64,000 nucleotides of DNA from an uncultured Pseudomonadota bacterium (GTDB lineage: Bacteria; Pseudomonadota; Gammaproteobacteria; Methylococcales; Methylomonadaceae), in the NCBI GenBank assembly GCA_903848935.1, contig CAINHO010000015.1, positions 4,426 to 68,425 of the forward strand, read 5' to 3'. Below, piece after piece: positions 37,393 to 48,154 of the stretch. Every line of letters begins with the position of its first letter. Positions within the stretch are counted from its first letter, which is position 1. The notes beneath the pieces were generated by a model. That model had not been told where the DNA came from and searched no databases. It worked only from the letters and a program-made list of their open reading frames with translations. Position numbers and translations under genes: made by a program.

Positions 37393-38876
37393 GACATCGT
37401 GTTTGAATCGTAACGAACGTATTTAGACTTTCCAGTTTCTTTCGCGTGATACATTGCTAAATCGGCGTGTTCGAGCAAAACTTCTGGTACATTTTTATCT
37501 AGTGGATAAAGCGTTACGCCAATACTCGCGCTGACGTGTGCCACGTCATCACCAATCTGAACAGGTTCTTTAATGTGAACCAATAGTCTATCGAGCAACA
37601 TCTGATAATCGTTGGGCTTCGTTAAATCACCAAACAAAATCACAAATTCGTCACCGCCAAACCGCGCAACCGTATCATTGGCGCGTAATAATTTAGAAAA
37701 ACGTCGCGCCACTTCTTTGAGTAATTCGTCGCCCGCCGCGTGTCCCTGTGTATCGTTCACCGCTTTAAAACCGTCCAAATCTAAATAACAAACCGCAAGA
37801 TATGTTTTACTTCGTTCTGCCCGAGCCAACGCCTGTTTTAATCGATCCGCCAGCAAAATCCGATTTGGCAAGCCCGTTAACGCATCGTGATAAGCATGAT
37901 GTTCTAATTCATTTTTTAGTTCTAATAAATTCGCGACATTTGAAAAAACTGCCACATAATTTGTAACTGCACCAAGTTCGTTTTTTACCGACGACAAGGT
38001 AAGCCATTCTTCATTACGTTCATCAGCTACAATTTGATCATGAATTTCACCGCTCCAATAACCACATTGTTCAAGCTCGCGTTGAATGATTTCAAGTAGT
38101 GACTCATTTTTAAAAGCAGTTTTTACATCAGCTAAATTCAGACCAATTAACTCATCAAGCGATAATTGTTTAGCACGACAAAATGACGGATTGGCTTCGA
38201 TAATATTCAAGTTTTTATCGGTAATACAAATCGCATCTAAGGTATTTTCAAACACGCTGGACGATAAACGTTGTTTGGCTTCGTGTTTTTGTCGTTCCAA
38301 AATTTCTTTCATGAGTTGAACCGTGCGACTGCAAATACTGTCGTACATCGACAAAACCGTTTCGATTAAAACTTTCATCGCGCCAGACATTTCGTGTTCT
38401 GACAGATGTTTAGCCTCGTCTAACGTCGCACCACTTTGTATTGCCAAAATTGCTTTCGCCATCCGTTTATCTGTTTCCAAAATATGGAAAGCGAGCCACT
38501 GCGTTAAAAACGACAAAACCTCTTCGATGACTTGCTCGGTACTTACGTCTCCTTCTTCATTTTTGAGTCGAATAATTTCGGCAATAAAATTTTTGTGTGT
38601 CGCTTTATGTGTGATTTCTAATTCATCATCTGGAAAATACTTGTGCCAAATCGCTTCTTCCGTTTGAAAGTGATAAATCGTGTAGTCAGTTAGCTGCTTG
38701 AAAATAGCGTTAAGCGTTAGCGTGTCAGATTGATGCACAAAATGTTTCGCCAGCAAATTTACCAGTTCTAAAAGTTTTTTGTGTTGTTCGTCGATGATTT
38801 CAATGCCCGTATCAAAATTCTTATTCCAGGGAAAAATATCAATGTCATTTGCGATTTGAAGATCTGTTTCAGTCAT
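37389..38876 (-). CDS. bacteriohemerythrin-PAS-GGDEF diguanylate cyclase
   Basis: 495 aa. Hemerythrin motifs (WNKNFDTGIEIIDEQHKKL, HFQTEE, HKATHKNF, FHILETD), a PAS region, and a GGDEF domain with intact RFGGDEF and RxxD (RAND). Confidence 0.85.
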   Translation of the reverse strand: MTETDLQIANDIDIFPWNKNFDTGIEIIDEQHKKLLELVNLLAKHFVHQSDTLTLNAIFKQLTDYTIYHFQTEEAIWHKYFPDDELEITHKATHKNFIAEIIRLKNEEGDVSTEQVIEEVLSFLTQWLAFHILETDKRMAKAILAIQSGATLDEAKHLSEHEMSGAMKVLIETVLSMYDSICSRTVQLMKEILERQKHEAKQRLSSSVFENTLDAICITDKNLNIIEANPSFCRAKQLSLDELIGLNLADVKTAFKNESLLEIIQRELEQCGYWSGEIHDQIVADERNEEWLTLSSVKNELGAVTNYVAVFSNVANLLELKNELEHHAYHDALTGLPNRILLADRLKQALARAERSKTYLAVCYLDLDGFKAVNDTQGHAAGDELLKEVARRFSKLLRANDTVARFGGDEFVILFGDLTKPNDYQMLLDRLLVHIKEPVQIGDDVAHVSASIGVTLYPLDKNVPEVLLEHADLAMYHAKETGKSKYVRYDSNTMS

Positions 38877-38897
38877 CGGATTTCCCCTGTTAGTTAT

Positions 38898-40664
38898 TTA
38901 ATATACGCGAGCTTTAGGCGCAATCATTTCAACTGCGTTTGTGAGAGTGTACAAATGCACTGGACGATAATCAATTTTTACTTTGTCATCACACAACCAA
39001 GTCAGGGTATGTTTCAACCAATTTTTATCGTCACGGTTAGGATAATCTTCACGCGCATGACCCCCCCGACTTTCATGACGATTTGCCGCCGCGTGAATGG
39101 CAACGGTGGCTTGCGCCAATAAATTATCAAGTTCCAACGCTTCGACTAAATCGGTATTCCAAATCAGCGAACGGTCGGTTAAGCCTAAATTCACAAAGGA
39201 TTCACGCACGATTTTCATTTCGGAAATACCTTCGTCTAATGTGGTTTGTGTTCTAAAAACGGCGGCTTTACTTTGCATCGTTTTCTGCATGGCTGAACGA
39301 ATTTCAGCGGTGCTTGATTCTCCTTTTGCGTGACGAATTCGTGCAAATCTCGCTAACGCTTCGGCGTAACATTCAGGTTCTAGTTCTGAATGCGGTTGAT
39401 TTGGCGTAATCAATTCAGCACAACGTAACGCGGCGGCACGTCCAAAAACGACCAAATCCAACAACGAATTTGAACCTAAACGGTTTGCGCCATGAACTGA
39501 AACACAAGCCGCTTCGCCAATTGCCATCAAGCCTTTGACGATAGAATTCGGATTGTTATCGCTTAACGTCACGACTTCAGCGTGATAATTCGTTGGAATC
39601 CCGCCCATGTTGTAATGAACCGTCGGAAGCACAGGAATCGGTTGTTTGGTGACATCGATGCCAGCGAAAATTCGTGACGTTTCAGAAATTCCAGGCAAGC
39701 GTTCATGAAGTAGGGCAGGGGGCAAATGTTCGAGGTGCAAATGAAGGTGGTCTTTCAATTCGCCTACACCGCGACCAGCATGAATTTCCATCGTCATGGC
39801 ACGACTCACTACGTCGCGCGAGGCTAAATCTTTGGCGTTTGGTGCGTAACGTTCCATGAAACGTTCGCCTTCGGAATTGGTGAGATAACCGCCTTCGCCG
39901 CGTGCGCCTTCGGTAATTAAACAACCTGCGCCGTAAATACCCGTCGGGTGAAATTGAATAAACTCCATGTCTTGCAACGGTAAACCTGCGCGTAAAACCA
40001 TTGCATTGCCGTCGCCGGTAACAGTGTGTGCCGACGTACAAGAAAAATAGGTTCGTCCATAACCACCCGTTGCTAAAATCGTGGCGTGCGCTTTGAAAAG
40101 ATGCAATGAACCATCGTCTAAACACCAAGCAATTACGCCACGGCATTCGCCATTGTCCATGATTAAATCGAGAACGATATATTCCACGAAAAATTCAGCT
40201 TTATGTTTTAAGGCTTGTTGATAGAGCGTGTGCAGAATTGCGTGACCGGTTTTATCGGCAGCGGCACAAGTGCGTTGTGCTTGACCTTCGCCGTAATGCG
40301 TTGTCATGCCGCCAAACGCACGTTGATAAATTTTACCGTCGGCGGTGCGTGAAAATGGTACGCCATAATGCTCCAATTCAACCACGGCAGGAATCGCTTC
40401 GCGACACATATATTCAATCGCGTCTTGATCGCCGAGCCAATCAGAACCTTTCACTGTATCGTAAAAATGGTAACGCCAATCGTCTTCGCCCATGTTACCT
40501 AACGCGGCACTAATGCCACCTTGGGCAGCAACCGTGTGACTTCGGGTTGGAAAAACTTTGGTTAAACAAGCAGTTTTTAGCCCTTTTTCAACCGTACCAA
40601 GCGTGGCGCGTAAGCCCGCACCACCGGCACCAATAACAATCACATCGAATTCGTGGACAATCAT
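38898..40664 (-). CDS. sdhA: succinate dehydrogenase/fumarate reductase flavoprotein subunit
   Basis: 588 aa. [24 protein letters not shown] (covalent-FAD His), [28 protein letters not shown]. Colinear end-to-end with E. coli SdhA from memory. Confidence 0.93.
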   Translation of the reverse strand: MIVHEFDVIVIGAGGAGLRATLGTVEKGLKTACLTKVFPTRSHTVAAQGGISAALGNMGEDDWRYHFYDTVKGSDWLGDQDAIEYMCREAIPAVVELEHYGVPFSRTADGKIYQRAFGGMTTHYGEGQAQRTCAAADKTGHAILHTLYQQALKHKAEFFVEYIVLDLIMDNGECRGVIAWCLDDGSLHLFKAHATILATGGYGRTYFSCTSAHTVTGDGNAMVLRAGLPLQDMEFIQFHPTGIYGAGCLITEGARGEGGYLTNSEGERFMERYAPNAKDLASRDVVSRAMTMEIHAGRGVGELKDHLHLHLEHLPPALLHERLPGISETSRIFAGIDVTKQPIPVLPTVHYNMGGIPTNYHAEVVTLSDNNPNSIVKGLMAIGEAACVSVHGANRLGSNSLLDLVVFGRAAALRCAELITPNQPHSELEPECYAEALARFARIRHAKGESSTAEIRSAMQKTMQSKAAVFRTQTTLDEGISEMKIVRESFVNLGLTDRSLIWNTDLVEALELDNLLAQATVAIHAAANRHESRGGHAREDYPNRDDKNWLKHTLTWLCDDKVKIDYRPVHLYTLTNAVEMIAPKARVY

Positions 40665-41588
40665 TTATTCTGGATGGCGAGGAGTTTCAGCGGAACGCAT
40701 AAACGAAATGGGGGCATTATCTTCGTTGTCAAAGCTGACCATTTCCCAAGCGTCTTTGTCTTCAAGTAACGCGCGTAATAACAAATTATTTAAGCCGTGA
40801 CCGGATTTATGACCGGTAAATTCACCGATTAAACTGTGACCGAGCAAATATAAATCGCCAATCGCATCGAGGATTTTGTGTTTTACAAATTCGTCAGCGT
40901 AGCGCAGCCCGTCTTCGTTAATTACTTTGTCGTCATCGACCACAATCGCATTGTCTAAACTGCCACCTAATGCGAGATTGTTTTTTTGCAGCGTTTCAAT
41001 ATCTTTCATAAAACCAAAAGTTCGCGCTCGACTGACTTCGCGCACAAAAGTTGTCGATGAAAAATCCATCGTGGCGGTTTTGACGTGATTTTCAAATGCA
41101 GGATGTTCAAAATCAATTGTGAATGTCACTTTGAAACCATTGAATGGTTCAAATGCCGCCCATTTATCGCCGTCTTCTACTCGCACAGCACGTTTAATTC
41201 GTAGATATTGTTTGGGGCAATCTTGTTCTTGCACGCCGGCAGATTGTAGCAAAAACACAAACGGACCTGCACTACCATCCATAATCGGCACTTCGGGTGC
41301 GGTCACGTCGATAATTGCGTTATCAATTCCTAAACCCGCAAAAGCAGACAACAAATGCTCAACGGTAGAAATTTTAACATCCCCCAAAACCAACGTCGTT
41401 GAAAGCGTAGTTTCGCCGACATTTTCCGGCGTGGCTTGAATCGTGACGGGCGTTTCTAAATCGACACGGCGAAAACAAATTCCTGTATTCGGCTCGGCAG
41501 GATGCAACGTTAAATAAACTTGCTCGCCGGTGTGTAAGCCTACGCCTGTGGCGCGAATGGTATTTTTTAAAGTGCGCTGTTTAATCAT
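40665..41588 (-). CDS. lpxC: UDP-3-O-acyl-N-acetylglucosamine deacetylase
   Basis: 307 aa. MIKQRTLKN...[21 protein letters not shown]. Downstream of ftsZ, as usual. Confidence 0.96.
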   Translation of the reverse strand: MIKQRTLKNTIRATGVGLHTGEQVYLTLHPAEPNTGICFRRVDLETPVTIQATPENVGETTLSTTLVLGDVKISTVEHLLSAFAGLGIDNAIIDVTAPEVPIMDGSAGPFVFLLQSAGVQEQDCPKQYLRIKRAVRVEDGDKWAAFEPFNGFKVTFTIDFEHPAFENHVKTATMDFSSTTFVREVSRARTFGFMKDIETLQKNNLALGGSLDNAIVVDDDKVINEDGLRYADEFVKHKILDAIGDLYLLGHSLIGEFTGHKSGHGLNNLLLRALLEDKDAWEMVSFDNEDNAPISFMRSAETPRHPE

Positions 41589-41678
41589 AACGTGAATTGC
41601 CCGTTAAAAATAACGCGCCCAATTGAGCGCGTTAGTTAGGGTTGCTTGCAGGTGAAAACCCTGCAACAGAAAAGAGTG

Positions 41679-42866
41679 TTAATCGGCTTGTCGTCTTAAA
41701 AAAGCGGGAATATCCAAGTATTCAATATCGCCACCTTGTTTCGGTTGTGCGCCAAAACGGGTTTCACGACCTTCGCCACGATTGGTTTGTGCTGAATGTT
41801 GACGCATGACCGTTGGTTTGTCCAAGCCATCATAATTCATTTGACCGCCAGCGATATGGCGCGAGGTATTTACATTTTTCTGTGGTGCTTTGACTTCAAC
41901 AGCCGGCATTCCCATGCCTGTTGCCACGACAGTAACTTTAATTTCGTCGTCTAAATCAGGGTTAATCGACATACCAATTTTGATGGTTGCATCTTCCGAG
42001 GCAAACGCTGACACAATATCGCCGACTTCACTAAATTCTGCCATGCCCATATCGGATGCAGAAATGTTCACCAAAATACCGCGTGCGCCTTTCAAGTTAA
42101 TATCTTCGAGCAATGGGCAAGCAATCGCTTTTTCAGCGGCTTCACGCGCACGGTGTTCGCCGGTCGCCGAACCTGTTCCCATAATTGCTGCGCCCATGCC
42201 AGACATGACGGTGCGAACGTCCGCGAAATCCACGTTAATCATGCCAGGGTGAACAATTAAATCGGTGATGCCTTGAACAGCATCTAACAATACGTCATTA
42301 GCGGCTTTAAACGCATCAATCAATGACACTTTGTTACCCAAAACAGGCAATAATTTTTGATTTGGAATCGTAATTAACGAATCTACGAAACGTTCTAATT
42401 CGATAATGCCCTTTTCAGCCGCATCTTGTTTTCTCTTGCCTTCAAACAAAAATGGTTTTGTGACGACGGCAACCGTTAAAATGCCCATGCTGCGGGCGAT
42501 TTCTGCGACAACCGGAATTGCGCCAGTTCCCGTACCACCACCCATGCCGGCGGTTAAAAATACCATGTCCGCGCCTTCCAAAACTTCACGGATACGGGCT
42601 TTATTTTCTTCTGCCGCTTGACGACCGACTTCCGGATTTGTGCCTGCGCCCAAACCTTTGGTTAATTCCACACCCAATTGAATAATTGTGCCGAAATTTA
42701 ATTTGCGTAACGCTTGAGCATCAGTGTTCGCACAAATGAATTCTACGCCTTCAATGTGGTTGCCCGCCATATGACTTACCGCGTTATTGCCCCCGCCACC
42801 AATGCCAATGACCTTAATTACTGCGCTCTCGCTGTAAGTATCAATCAATTCAAATGCGTCTTTCAT
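41679..42866 (-). CDS. ftsZ: cell division protein FtsZ
   Basis: 395 aa. Tubulin signature GGGTGTG, NTDAQAL, C-terminal DIPAFLRRQAD. Confidence 0.99.
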   Translation of the reverse strand: MKDAFELIDTYSESAVIKVIGIGGGGNNAVSHMAGNHIEGVEFICANTDAQALRKLNFGTIIQLGVELTKGLGAGTNPEVGRQAAEENKARIREVLEGADMVFLTAGMGGGTGTGAIPVVAEIARSMGILTVAVVTKPFLFEGKRKQDAAEKGIIELERFVDSLITIPNQKLLPVLGNKVSLIDAFKAANDVLLDAVQGITDLIVHPGMINVDFADVRTVMSGMGAAIMGTGSATGEHRAREAAEKAIACPLLEDINLKGARGILVNISASDMGMAEFSEVGDIVSAFASEDATIKIGMSINPDLDDEIKVTVVATGMGMPAVEVKAPQKNVNTSRHIAGGQMNYDGLDKPTVMRQHSAQTNRGEGRETRFGAQPKQGGDIEYLDIPAFLRRQAD

Positions 42867-42926
42867 GTTGTAATGCTCCTTGGATTTTGTATTTAGTTAA
42901 GAATGTGTTTTGTAGAAAATGTGTGT

Positions 42927-44171
42927 TTAAAAATTACCTTGAAACCAGTTTTTTATTTTTGATGCCAGTGACCCACCGCTGTCGTGATCAGCGATACGAT
43001 GCAAGCCTTGTTGCTGATGGTGATCGCGTCCGTACATCAACAAACCTACGCCTGTCGAATGAATCGGATTTTTTACGACTTCAGTTAAACCGTTGACATT
43101 TTGCGGACTTCCCATTCTGACTGGCATGTGAAAAATCTCTTCCGCCAATTCGATTAAGCCCCAAACTTGCGAACTGCCACCTGTTAAAACGATGCCCGCC
43201 GCAATTTGTTCTTCATAGCCGACCCGCCGCAATTCGGATTGTACGAGCAACATCAGTTCTTCGTAACGCGGTTCGATAATGTCTGCAAGTGTTTGACGCG
43301 AAATTTTGCGAAACGGTTTGTTATCGCTAATGCTGGGAACTTCAATAATATCCTCGTCATCGTTCAACAATTTCGTCATCGCACACGCATAACGTTGTTT
43401 AATTTCTTCCGCACTCAATGTCGGCGTGCGTAAAGCCACAGCAATGTCATTTGTGACTTGGTCGCCGGCAATAGGAATAACCGCCGTGTGTTTAATCGCA
43501 CCTTCAACATAAACTGCAATATCTGTCGTGCCGCCACCAATATCAATCAAACAAACGCCTAATTCTTTTTCGTCGTCGGTTAATACGGCGTGGCACGATG
43601 CAAGCTGCTCCAACACAATATCATCGACTTCTAAATTACAACGACGAATACATTTAATGATATTTTGCGACGCGCTAACACTGCTGGTCACGATATGAAC
43701 TTTCGCTTCTAAACGAATGCCCGACATACCAATCGGCTCTTTAATACCTTCTTGGGTGTCGATAATAAATTCTTGCGGCAAAATATGTAACACTTTTTGA
43801 TCGGCCGAAATTGCTACCGCTCGCGCCGAATCAATTACTCGGTCAATGTCGTATTGCGTCACTTCTTTATCTTTAATCGCCACCACACCGAGTGAGTTGC
43901 GGCTACGAATATGGCTGCCTGCAATACCTGCGAAAACCGATTTGATTTGGCAACCTGCCATCAATTCGGCTTCTTCAATGGCGCGTTGTATCGACTGTAC
44001 GGTAGTTTCTAAATTGACCACCACGCCTTTTTTCAAACCTCTCGAAGGCGTTGACCCAAAGCCAATGACTTCGAGATGCCCGTCGCCTGTCAATTCGCCT
44101 ACGATTGCCGCGACTTTTGAAGTGCCAATATCAAGTCCGACGATTAAATTACGTTCTGTTTTTTTTGCCAT
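42927..44171 (-). CDS. ftsA: cell division protein FtsA
   Basis: 414 aa actin-like ATPase. GLDIGTSKV, DIGGGTTD. Confidence 0.97.
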   Translation of the reverse strand: MAKKTERNLIVGLDIGTSKVAAIVGELTGDGHLEVIGFGSTPSRGLKKGVVVNLETTVQSIQRAIEEAELMAGCQIKSVFAGIAGSHIRSRNSLGVVAIKDKEVTQYDIDRVIDSARAVAISADQKVLHILPQEFIIDTQEGIKEPIGMSGIRLEAKVHIVTSSVSASQNIIKCIRRCNLEVDDIVLEQLASCHAVLTDDEKELGVCLIDIGGGTTDIAVYVEGAIKHTAVIPIAGDQVTNDIAVALRTPTLSAEEIKQRYACAMTKLLNDDEDIIEVPSISDNKPFRKISRQTLADIIEPRYEELMLLVQSELRRVGYEEQIAAGIVLTGGSSQVWGLIELAEEIFHMPVRMGSPQNVNGLTEVVKNPIHSTGVGLLMYGRDHHQQQGLHRIADHDSGGSLASKIKNWFQGNF

Positions 44172-44195
44172 TTTTTACTCTGTTGCAGCCTATTT

Positions 44196-44951
44196 TTATC
44201 TGTTTGCAGCTTGCGCGGCGGGTAAGTTTTTCCAATCTATAATTTGTGCATCTGGTTTCCATGATACCGCATAACCATTAGGATAGCGTAAATCAACAAC
44301 AGCCATTGCATTGATTTGTTCGCGTCCTAAAATATCCAATGTTTTCATAAAACGTTGTAATTTTTTTAGTTGATCATTACGTCCGAGTAAAATTTCCAGT
44401 CCAGTGGTGAGTTTAATCTTCCATGCCCAACGGTTGTTAATGCTGAATTCTGCCATACTCATTTCATGGTCAGATAATGCAGTATTTACACCTTTCATAA
44501 TTTCTAACGACTTTATTTCTTGACCTTCCACACCATATAAAATCGGTAAATTTTCAAACGGTGTAATGTCGGTAGGTCGGATAATTTCACCGCGATTGTT
44601 TAATAAAGCCTCGTCACCCCAACGTACAAATGGACGTTTTTCTTTAATTTTGATTGCTATCGTATCCGACCAAACACGATTTACGGTCGCATCTTCAACC
44701 CAAATCATTTGCGCTAATGTATCGTGTATCGCTTGCACGTTAGCATCAAAAAAACCAACATCTACTAAGGGTTCAAGCGCGGCTTTGATTTCGTCTTTAC
44801 TCAGGTACTGAAACGCACCATCAACTTTTATATGTTTGATTGGAACCACCTGTTTCACAGAATAAACTAAGCTCGTGAATAACGCCATAATGACGATGAT
44901 TTTTAGCAAACGCATCAGCTCAACCGAACGCTCGTTTCCAAAATTCGCCAC
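44196..44951 (-). CDS. ftsQ: cell division protein FtsQ (start may be ATG 44915, overlapping the ddl stop as TGATG)
   Basis: Single TM, then POTRA (IKHIKVDGAFQYLSKDEIK) and the FtsQ domain. Position is between ddl and ftsA. Confidence 0.9.
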   Translation of the reverse strand: MANFGNERSVELMRLLKIIVIMALFTSLVYSVKQVVPIKHIKVDGAFQYLSKDEIKAALEPLVDVGFFDANVQAIHDTLAQMIWVEDATVNRVWSDTIAIKIKEKRPFVRWGDEALLNNRGEIIRPTDITPFENLPILYGVEGQEIKSLEIMKGVNTALSDHEMSMAEFSINNRWAWKIKLTTGLEILLGRNDQLKKLQRFMKTLDILGREQINAMAVVDLRYPNGYAVSWKPDAQIIDWKNLPAAQAANR

Positions 44952-46726
44952 ACAAGTTCATTAAAATCTATGCCCGCCTGTTTTGCCGCCATCGGTACCA
45001 AACTGTGATCCGTCATGCCTGGAACCGTGTTGATTTCAATCAATTGCGCTTGCCCATTTTGGTCGATAAAAACATCCACTCGCGCCCAACCTTCCACGCT
45101 AATAATTTCGCTCGCTTGCAATGCTAATTCTTGTAATGTCTTTTCTTGTTCAGCGTTCAAACCGCATGGACAATGATATTGCGTGGTAGTTGAATTGTAT
45201 TTCGCCTCGTAATCGTAAAATTCACGCGGTGTTTCTAAACGAATCACGGGCAACGCTACGCCTTGCAAAATTCCGACGGTATATTCATCGCCCGTTACCC
45301 ACGCTTCCGCATAAACTTCACAATTACACGCTAACGCAACCTCTAACGCGGCAACTAATTCAGTGCGATTTTTTGCTTTGCTCATGCCAACGCTTGAACC
45401 TTCGAGCGAAGGTTTAACGATAATCGGGAAATCTAACGCTTCAATGCAGGCATCAATATCGGCTTCAGTTTTCAATACAAACCAATTCGGTGTCGGTAAA
45501 TTCGCACCACGCCAACAAAGTTTAGTGCGTAATTTATCCATTGCGAGAGCAGAAGCTAAAACATTGCTACCGGTATAAGGTAAATTTAAAACTTCTAAAA
45601 CACCTTGCAACACGCCATCTTCACCGCCGCGTCCATGAATGATGTTGAAAATTCTATCAACTTCAAGTTTCGCCAATGTGTCAATCACATTATCGGTGAC
45701 ATCAACGGTCAGTGCATTTACGCCGCGAGCCATTAAAGCCGCGTGAACCGCCGCGCCACTTCGTAAGGAAACTTCTCGTTCAGCCGAATTTCCACCCATC
45801 AAAACAGCAACACAGCCAAAATCTTCGGCACGTTCAATTTGTTTTGAATTTAACTTTTCACCCACGATGCACACCTCTGTTTGTAAATTGATACCGTGTT
45901 TTTTCGACACTTGTGTTTGAACGTAAGCAATCAATTGTTCAATATCTGCCGCTGTTGCTGTACCTGTGTTAATAATAAAATTAGCGTGTTTTTCAGAAAC
46001 TTGTGCATCACCGATTTTAAAACCTTTCAGTCCCGCCGCTTCAATTAAACGTGCAGCATGGTCGCCCGTTGGATTTTTAAATACTGAACCACAACTCGGT
46101 TGATTCGTAGGTTGCGAATTGGCACGTTTTGCAAGTAGAGCTTTAATGTTTTGTTGGCTTTCGCTCGTATCGCCGCGTTGTAATTTCAACGTTGTCGCTA
46201 AAAACCACTCGTCATTTTTCAAATTAACGTGTCGATAACTGATTTCAAATTCATTGGCTGATTTTGTGAAAACTTCACCGCGACGATTGAGCATTTCAAC
46301 ATTTTGAACGATTTTCCACGTTTCACCACCAAATGCGCCTGCGTTCATTTTCAACGCACCGCCCATTGTGCCTGGAATTCCAGCTAAAAATTCTGCACCG
46401 ACTAAACCTTGTTCAGCACAAAATTTTGCGACCAACGCACAAGGTACGCCCGCTTCAACGTAAATGGTTTCATCATCTATACGTTGCATGATTTTGAGGC
46501 GGTTTTTTGTGTTAATCACCGTACCGCGAATGCCGCCATCACGCACCAACAAATTACTACCTAAACCCATCCAAAAAAGCGGTTCGTTTTCGGGCAGATT
46601 TTGCACGAAACAAATCAAATCCGCTTTGTCAGCAGGTTGATAAAAACGTTCTGCCACGCCACCGATACGCCAACTTGTATAGTTCGCAAGCGGTTCGTTA
46701 TACCGTAGTTGTCCAGACGATTTCAT
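44915..46726 (-). CDS. murB/ddl: fused UDP-N-acetylenolpyruvoylglucosamine reductase (MurB) / D-alanine--D-alanine ligase (Ddl)
   Basis: One uninterrupted 603-aa ORF. Residues 1 to about 293 are a complete type-II MurB (YTSWRIGGVAERFY, GLGSNLLV, PSCGSVFKNP, ...EVCIVGE). Residues from about 305 to the end are a complete Ddl (VAVLMGGNSAEREVSLRSG, IVKPSLEGSSVG, EINTVPGMT). Confidence 0.9.
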   Translation of the reverse strand: MKSSGQLRYNEPLANYTSWRIGGVAERFYQPADKADLICFVQNLPENEPLFWMGLGSNLLVRDGGIRGTVINTKNRLKIMQRIDDETIYVEAGVPCALVAKFCAEQGLVGAEFLAGIPGTMGGALKMNAGAFGGETWKIVQNVEMLNRRGEVFTKSANEFEISYRHVNLKNDEWFLATTLKLQRGDTSESQQNIKALLAKRANSQPTNQPSCGSVFKNPTGDHAARLIEAAGLKGFKIGDAQVSEKHANFIINTGTATAADIEQLIAYVQTQVSKKHGINLQTEVCIVGEKLNSKQIERAEDFGCVAVLMGGNSAEREVSLRSGAAVHAALMARGVNALTVDVTDNVIDTLAKLEVDRIFNIIHGRGGEDGVLQGVLEVLNLPYTGSNVLASALAMDKLRTKLCWRGANLPTPNWFVLKTEADIDACIEALDFPIIVKPSLEGSSVGMSKAKNRTELVAALEVALACNCEVYAEAWVTGDEYTVGILQGVALPVIRLETPREFYDYEAKYNSTTTQYHCPCGLNAEQEKTLQELALQASEIISVEGWARVDVFIDQNGQAQLIEINTVPGMTDHSLVPMAAKQAGIDFNELVWRILETSVRLS

Positions 46727-46732
46727 AAACTA

Positions 46733-48154
46733 TTAACCTGGAAAAGCCTGTGAAAGCAACTGTGGTAATTGTGTCGAAAATTGACCAACATTCCCAGCAC
46801 CCATCGTTAAAATCACGTCATTTTCGTGAATAATTCCTGCCAACAATTTAGGCAACTCTTCCCAATGTTCAACAAAAATTGGATCAACTTGACCACGCAA
46901 ACGAATCGCCCGACTTAATGAGCGTCCATCTGCGCCCGTAATTACACTTTCACCAGCAGGATAAATATCCATCAAAATCAACACATCCACGCCCGCCAAA
47001 ACTTGCACAAAATCTTCAAATAAATCGCGGGTTCGGGTGTAACGATGCGGCTGAAAAATAATAATCGAACGGCGCGATGGATACGCTTGTTTTAAGGCTT
47101 CCAATGTCGCAGCAATTTCACGCGGATGATGTCCATAATCGTCCACCAATGTCACGATACCATTTCGAACAGGCAAATCACCTTGAATTTGAAAGCGTCG
47201 CCCAACCCCTTTGAACGCATTTAAACTGCGTTGAATCGCGGCATCGTCCACCGCCAATTTTGTCGCCACGGCAATTGCTGCCAACGCATTTAACATATTG
47301 TGCCAACCTGGCATATTTAATGTGACTTCGAGTGGCGCGTAATCACCGCGACGTTCCACGGTGAAATGCGTCTGCATTCCATCCTGACGAATGTTAATCG
47401 CTCGAAAATCTGCGTCTTCATGCACGCCATAAGTCACCATCGGTTTTGAAAGCGACGGCAAAATTTCACGCACGCCGTCGTCATCCAAACACAAAACGGC
47501 TAATCCGTAAAAAGGCAAATGGTGTAAAAACTCAACGAACGTTTCTTTCAAACGTGAATAGCTATTTTCATACGTTTCCATGTGGTCATGGTCGATGTTA
47601 GTCACAATCGCAATCATTGGCTGCAAATACAAAAATGACGCATCGCTTTCATCAGCTTCGGCAACCAAATAATTCCCAGAACCGAGTTGAGCATTTGTTC
47701 CCGCACTGTTTAAGCGTCCACCAATGACAAATGTTGGATCTAAACCACCTTCAGCAAGCAAACTTGCGGTTAAACTGGTTGTCGTTGTTTTGCCGTGCGT
47801 GCCTGCGACCGCAATTCCAAACCGAAACCGCATCAACTCTGCCAACATTTCAGCGCGAGGAATGACAGGGATGCGTTGCTGATACGCTTCGTCCACTTCG
47901 GGATTTTTGCGGTCAATCGCACTCGAAACCACCACCACATCAACTTGCGTAATGTTTTCGCGTTGATGACCGATGGTGACGTTGATGCCCAAATTTGTAA
48001 GACGTTCAGTCGTTGCGCTTTCTTTGATGTCTGAGCCTGAAATTGCATAACCCAAATTTAACAATACTTCGGCGATGCCGCTCATGCCCGTGCCGCCGAT
48101 ACCGACGAAATGAATACGCTGCACTGAACCTAAAGGACTGTTTGGAAAATTCAT
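46733..48154 (-). CDS. murC: UDP-N-acetylmuramate--L-alanine ligase
   Basis: [25 protein letters not shown] 48154 overlaps the murG stop (ATGA); the track's 48175 start is an extension. Confidence 0.96.
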   Translation of the reverse strand: MNFPNSPLGSVQRIHFVGIGGTGMSGIAEVLLNLGYAISGSDIKESATTERLTNLGINVTIGHQRENITQVDVVVVSSAIDRKNPEVDEAYQQRIPVIPRAEMLAELMRFRFGIAVAGTHGKTTTTSLTASLLAEGGLDPTFVIGGRLNSAGTNAQLGSGNYLVAEADESDASFLYLQPMIAIVTNIDHDHMETYENSYSRLKETFVEFLHHLPFYGLAVLCLDDDGVREILPSLSKPMVTYGVHEDADFRAINIRQDGMQTHFTVERRGDYAPLEVTLNMPGWHNMLNALAAIAVATKLAVDDAAIQRSLNAFKGVGRRFQIQGDLPVRNGIVTLVDDYGHHPREIAATLEALKQAYPSRRSIIIFQPHRYTRTRDLFEDFVQVLAGVDVLILMDIYPAGESVITGADGRSLSRAIRLRGQVDPIFVEHWEELPKLLAGIIHENDVILTMGAGNVGQFSTQLPQLLSQAFPG

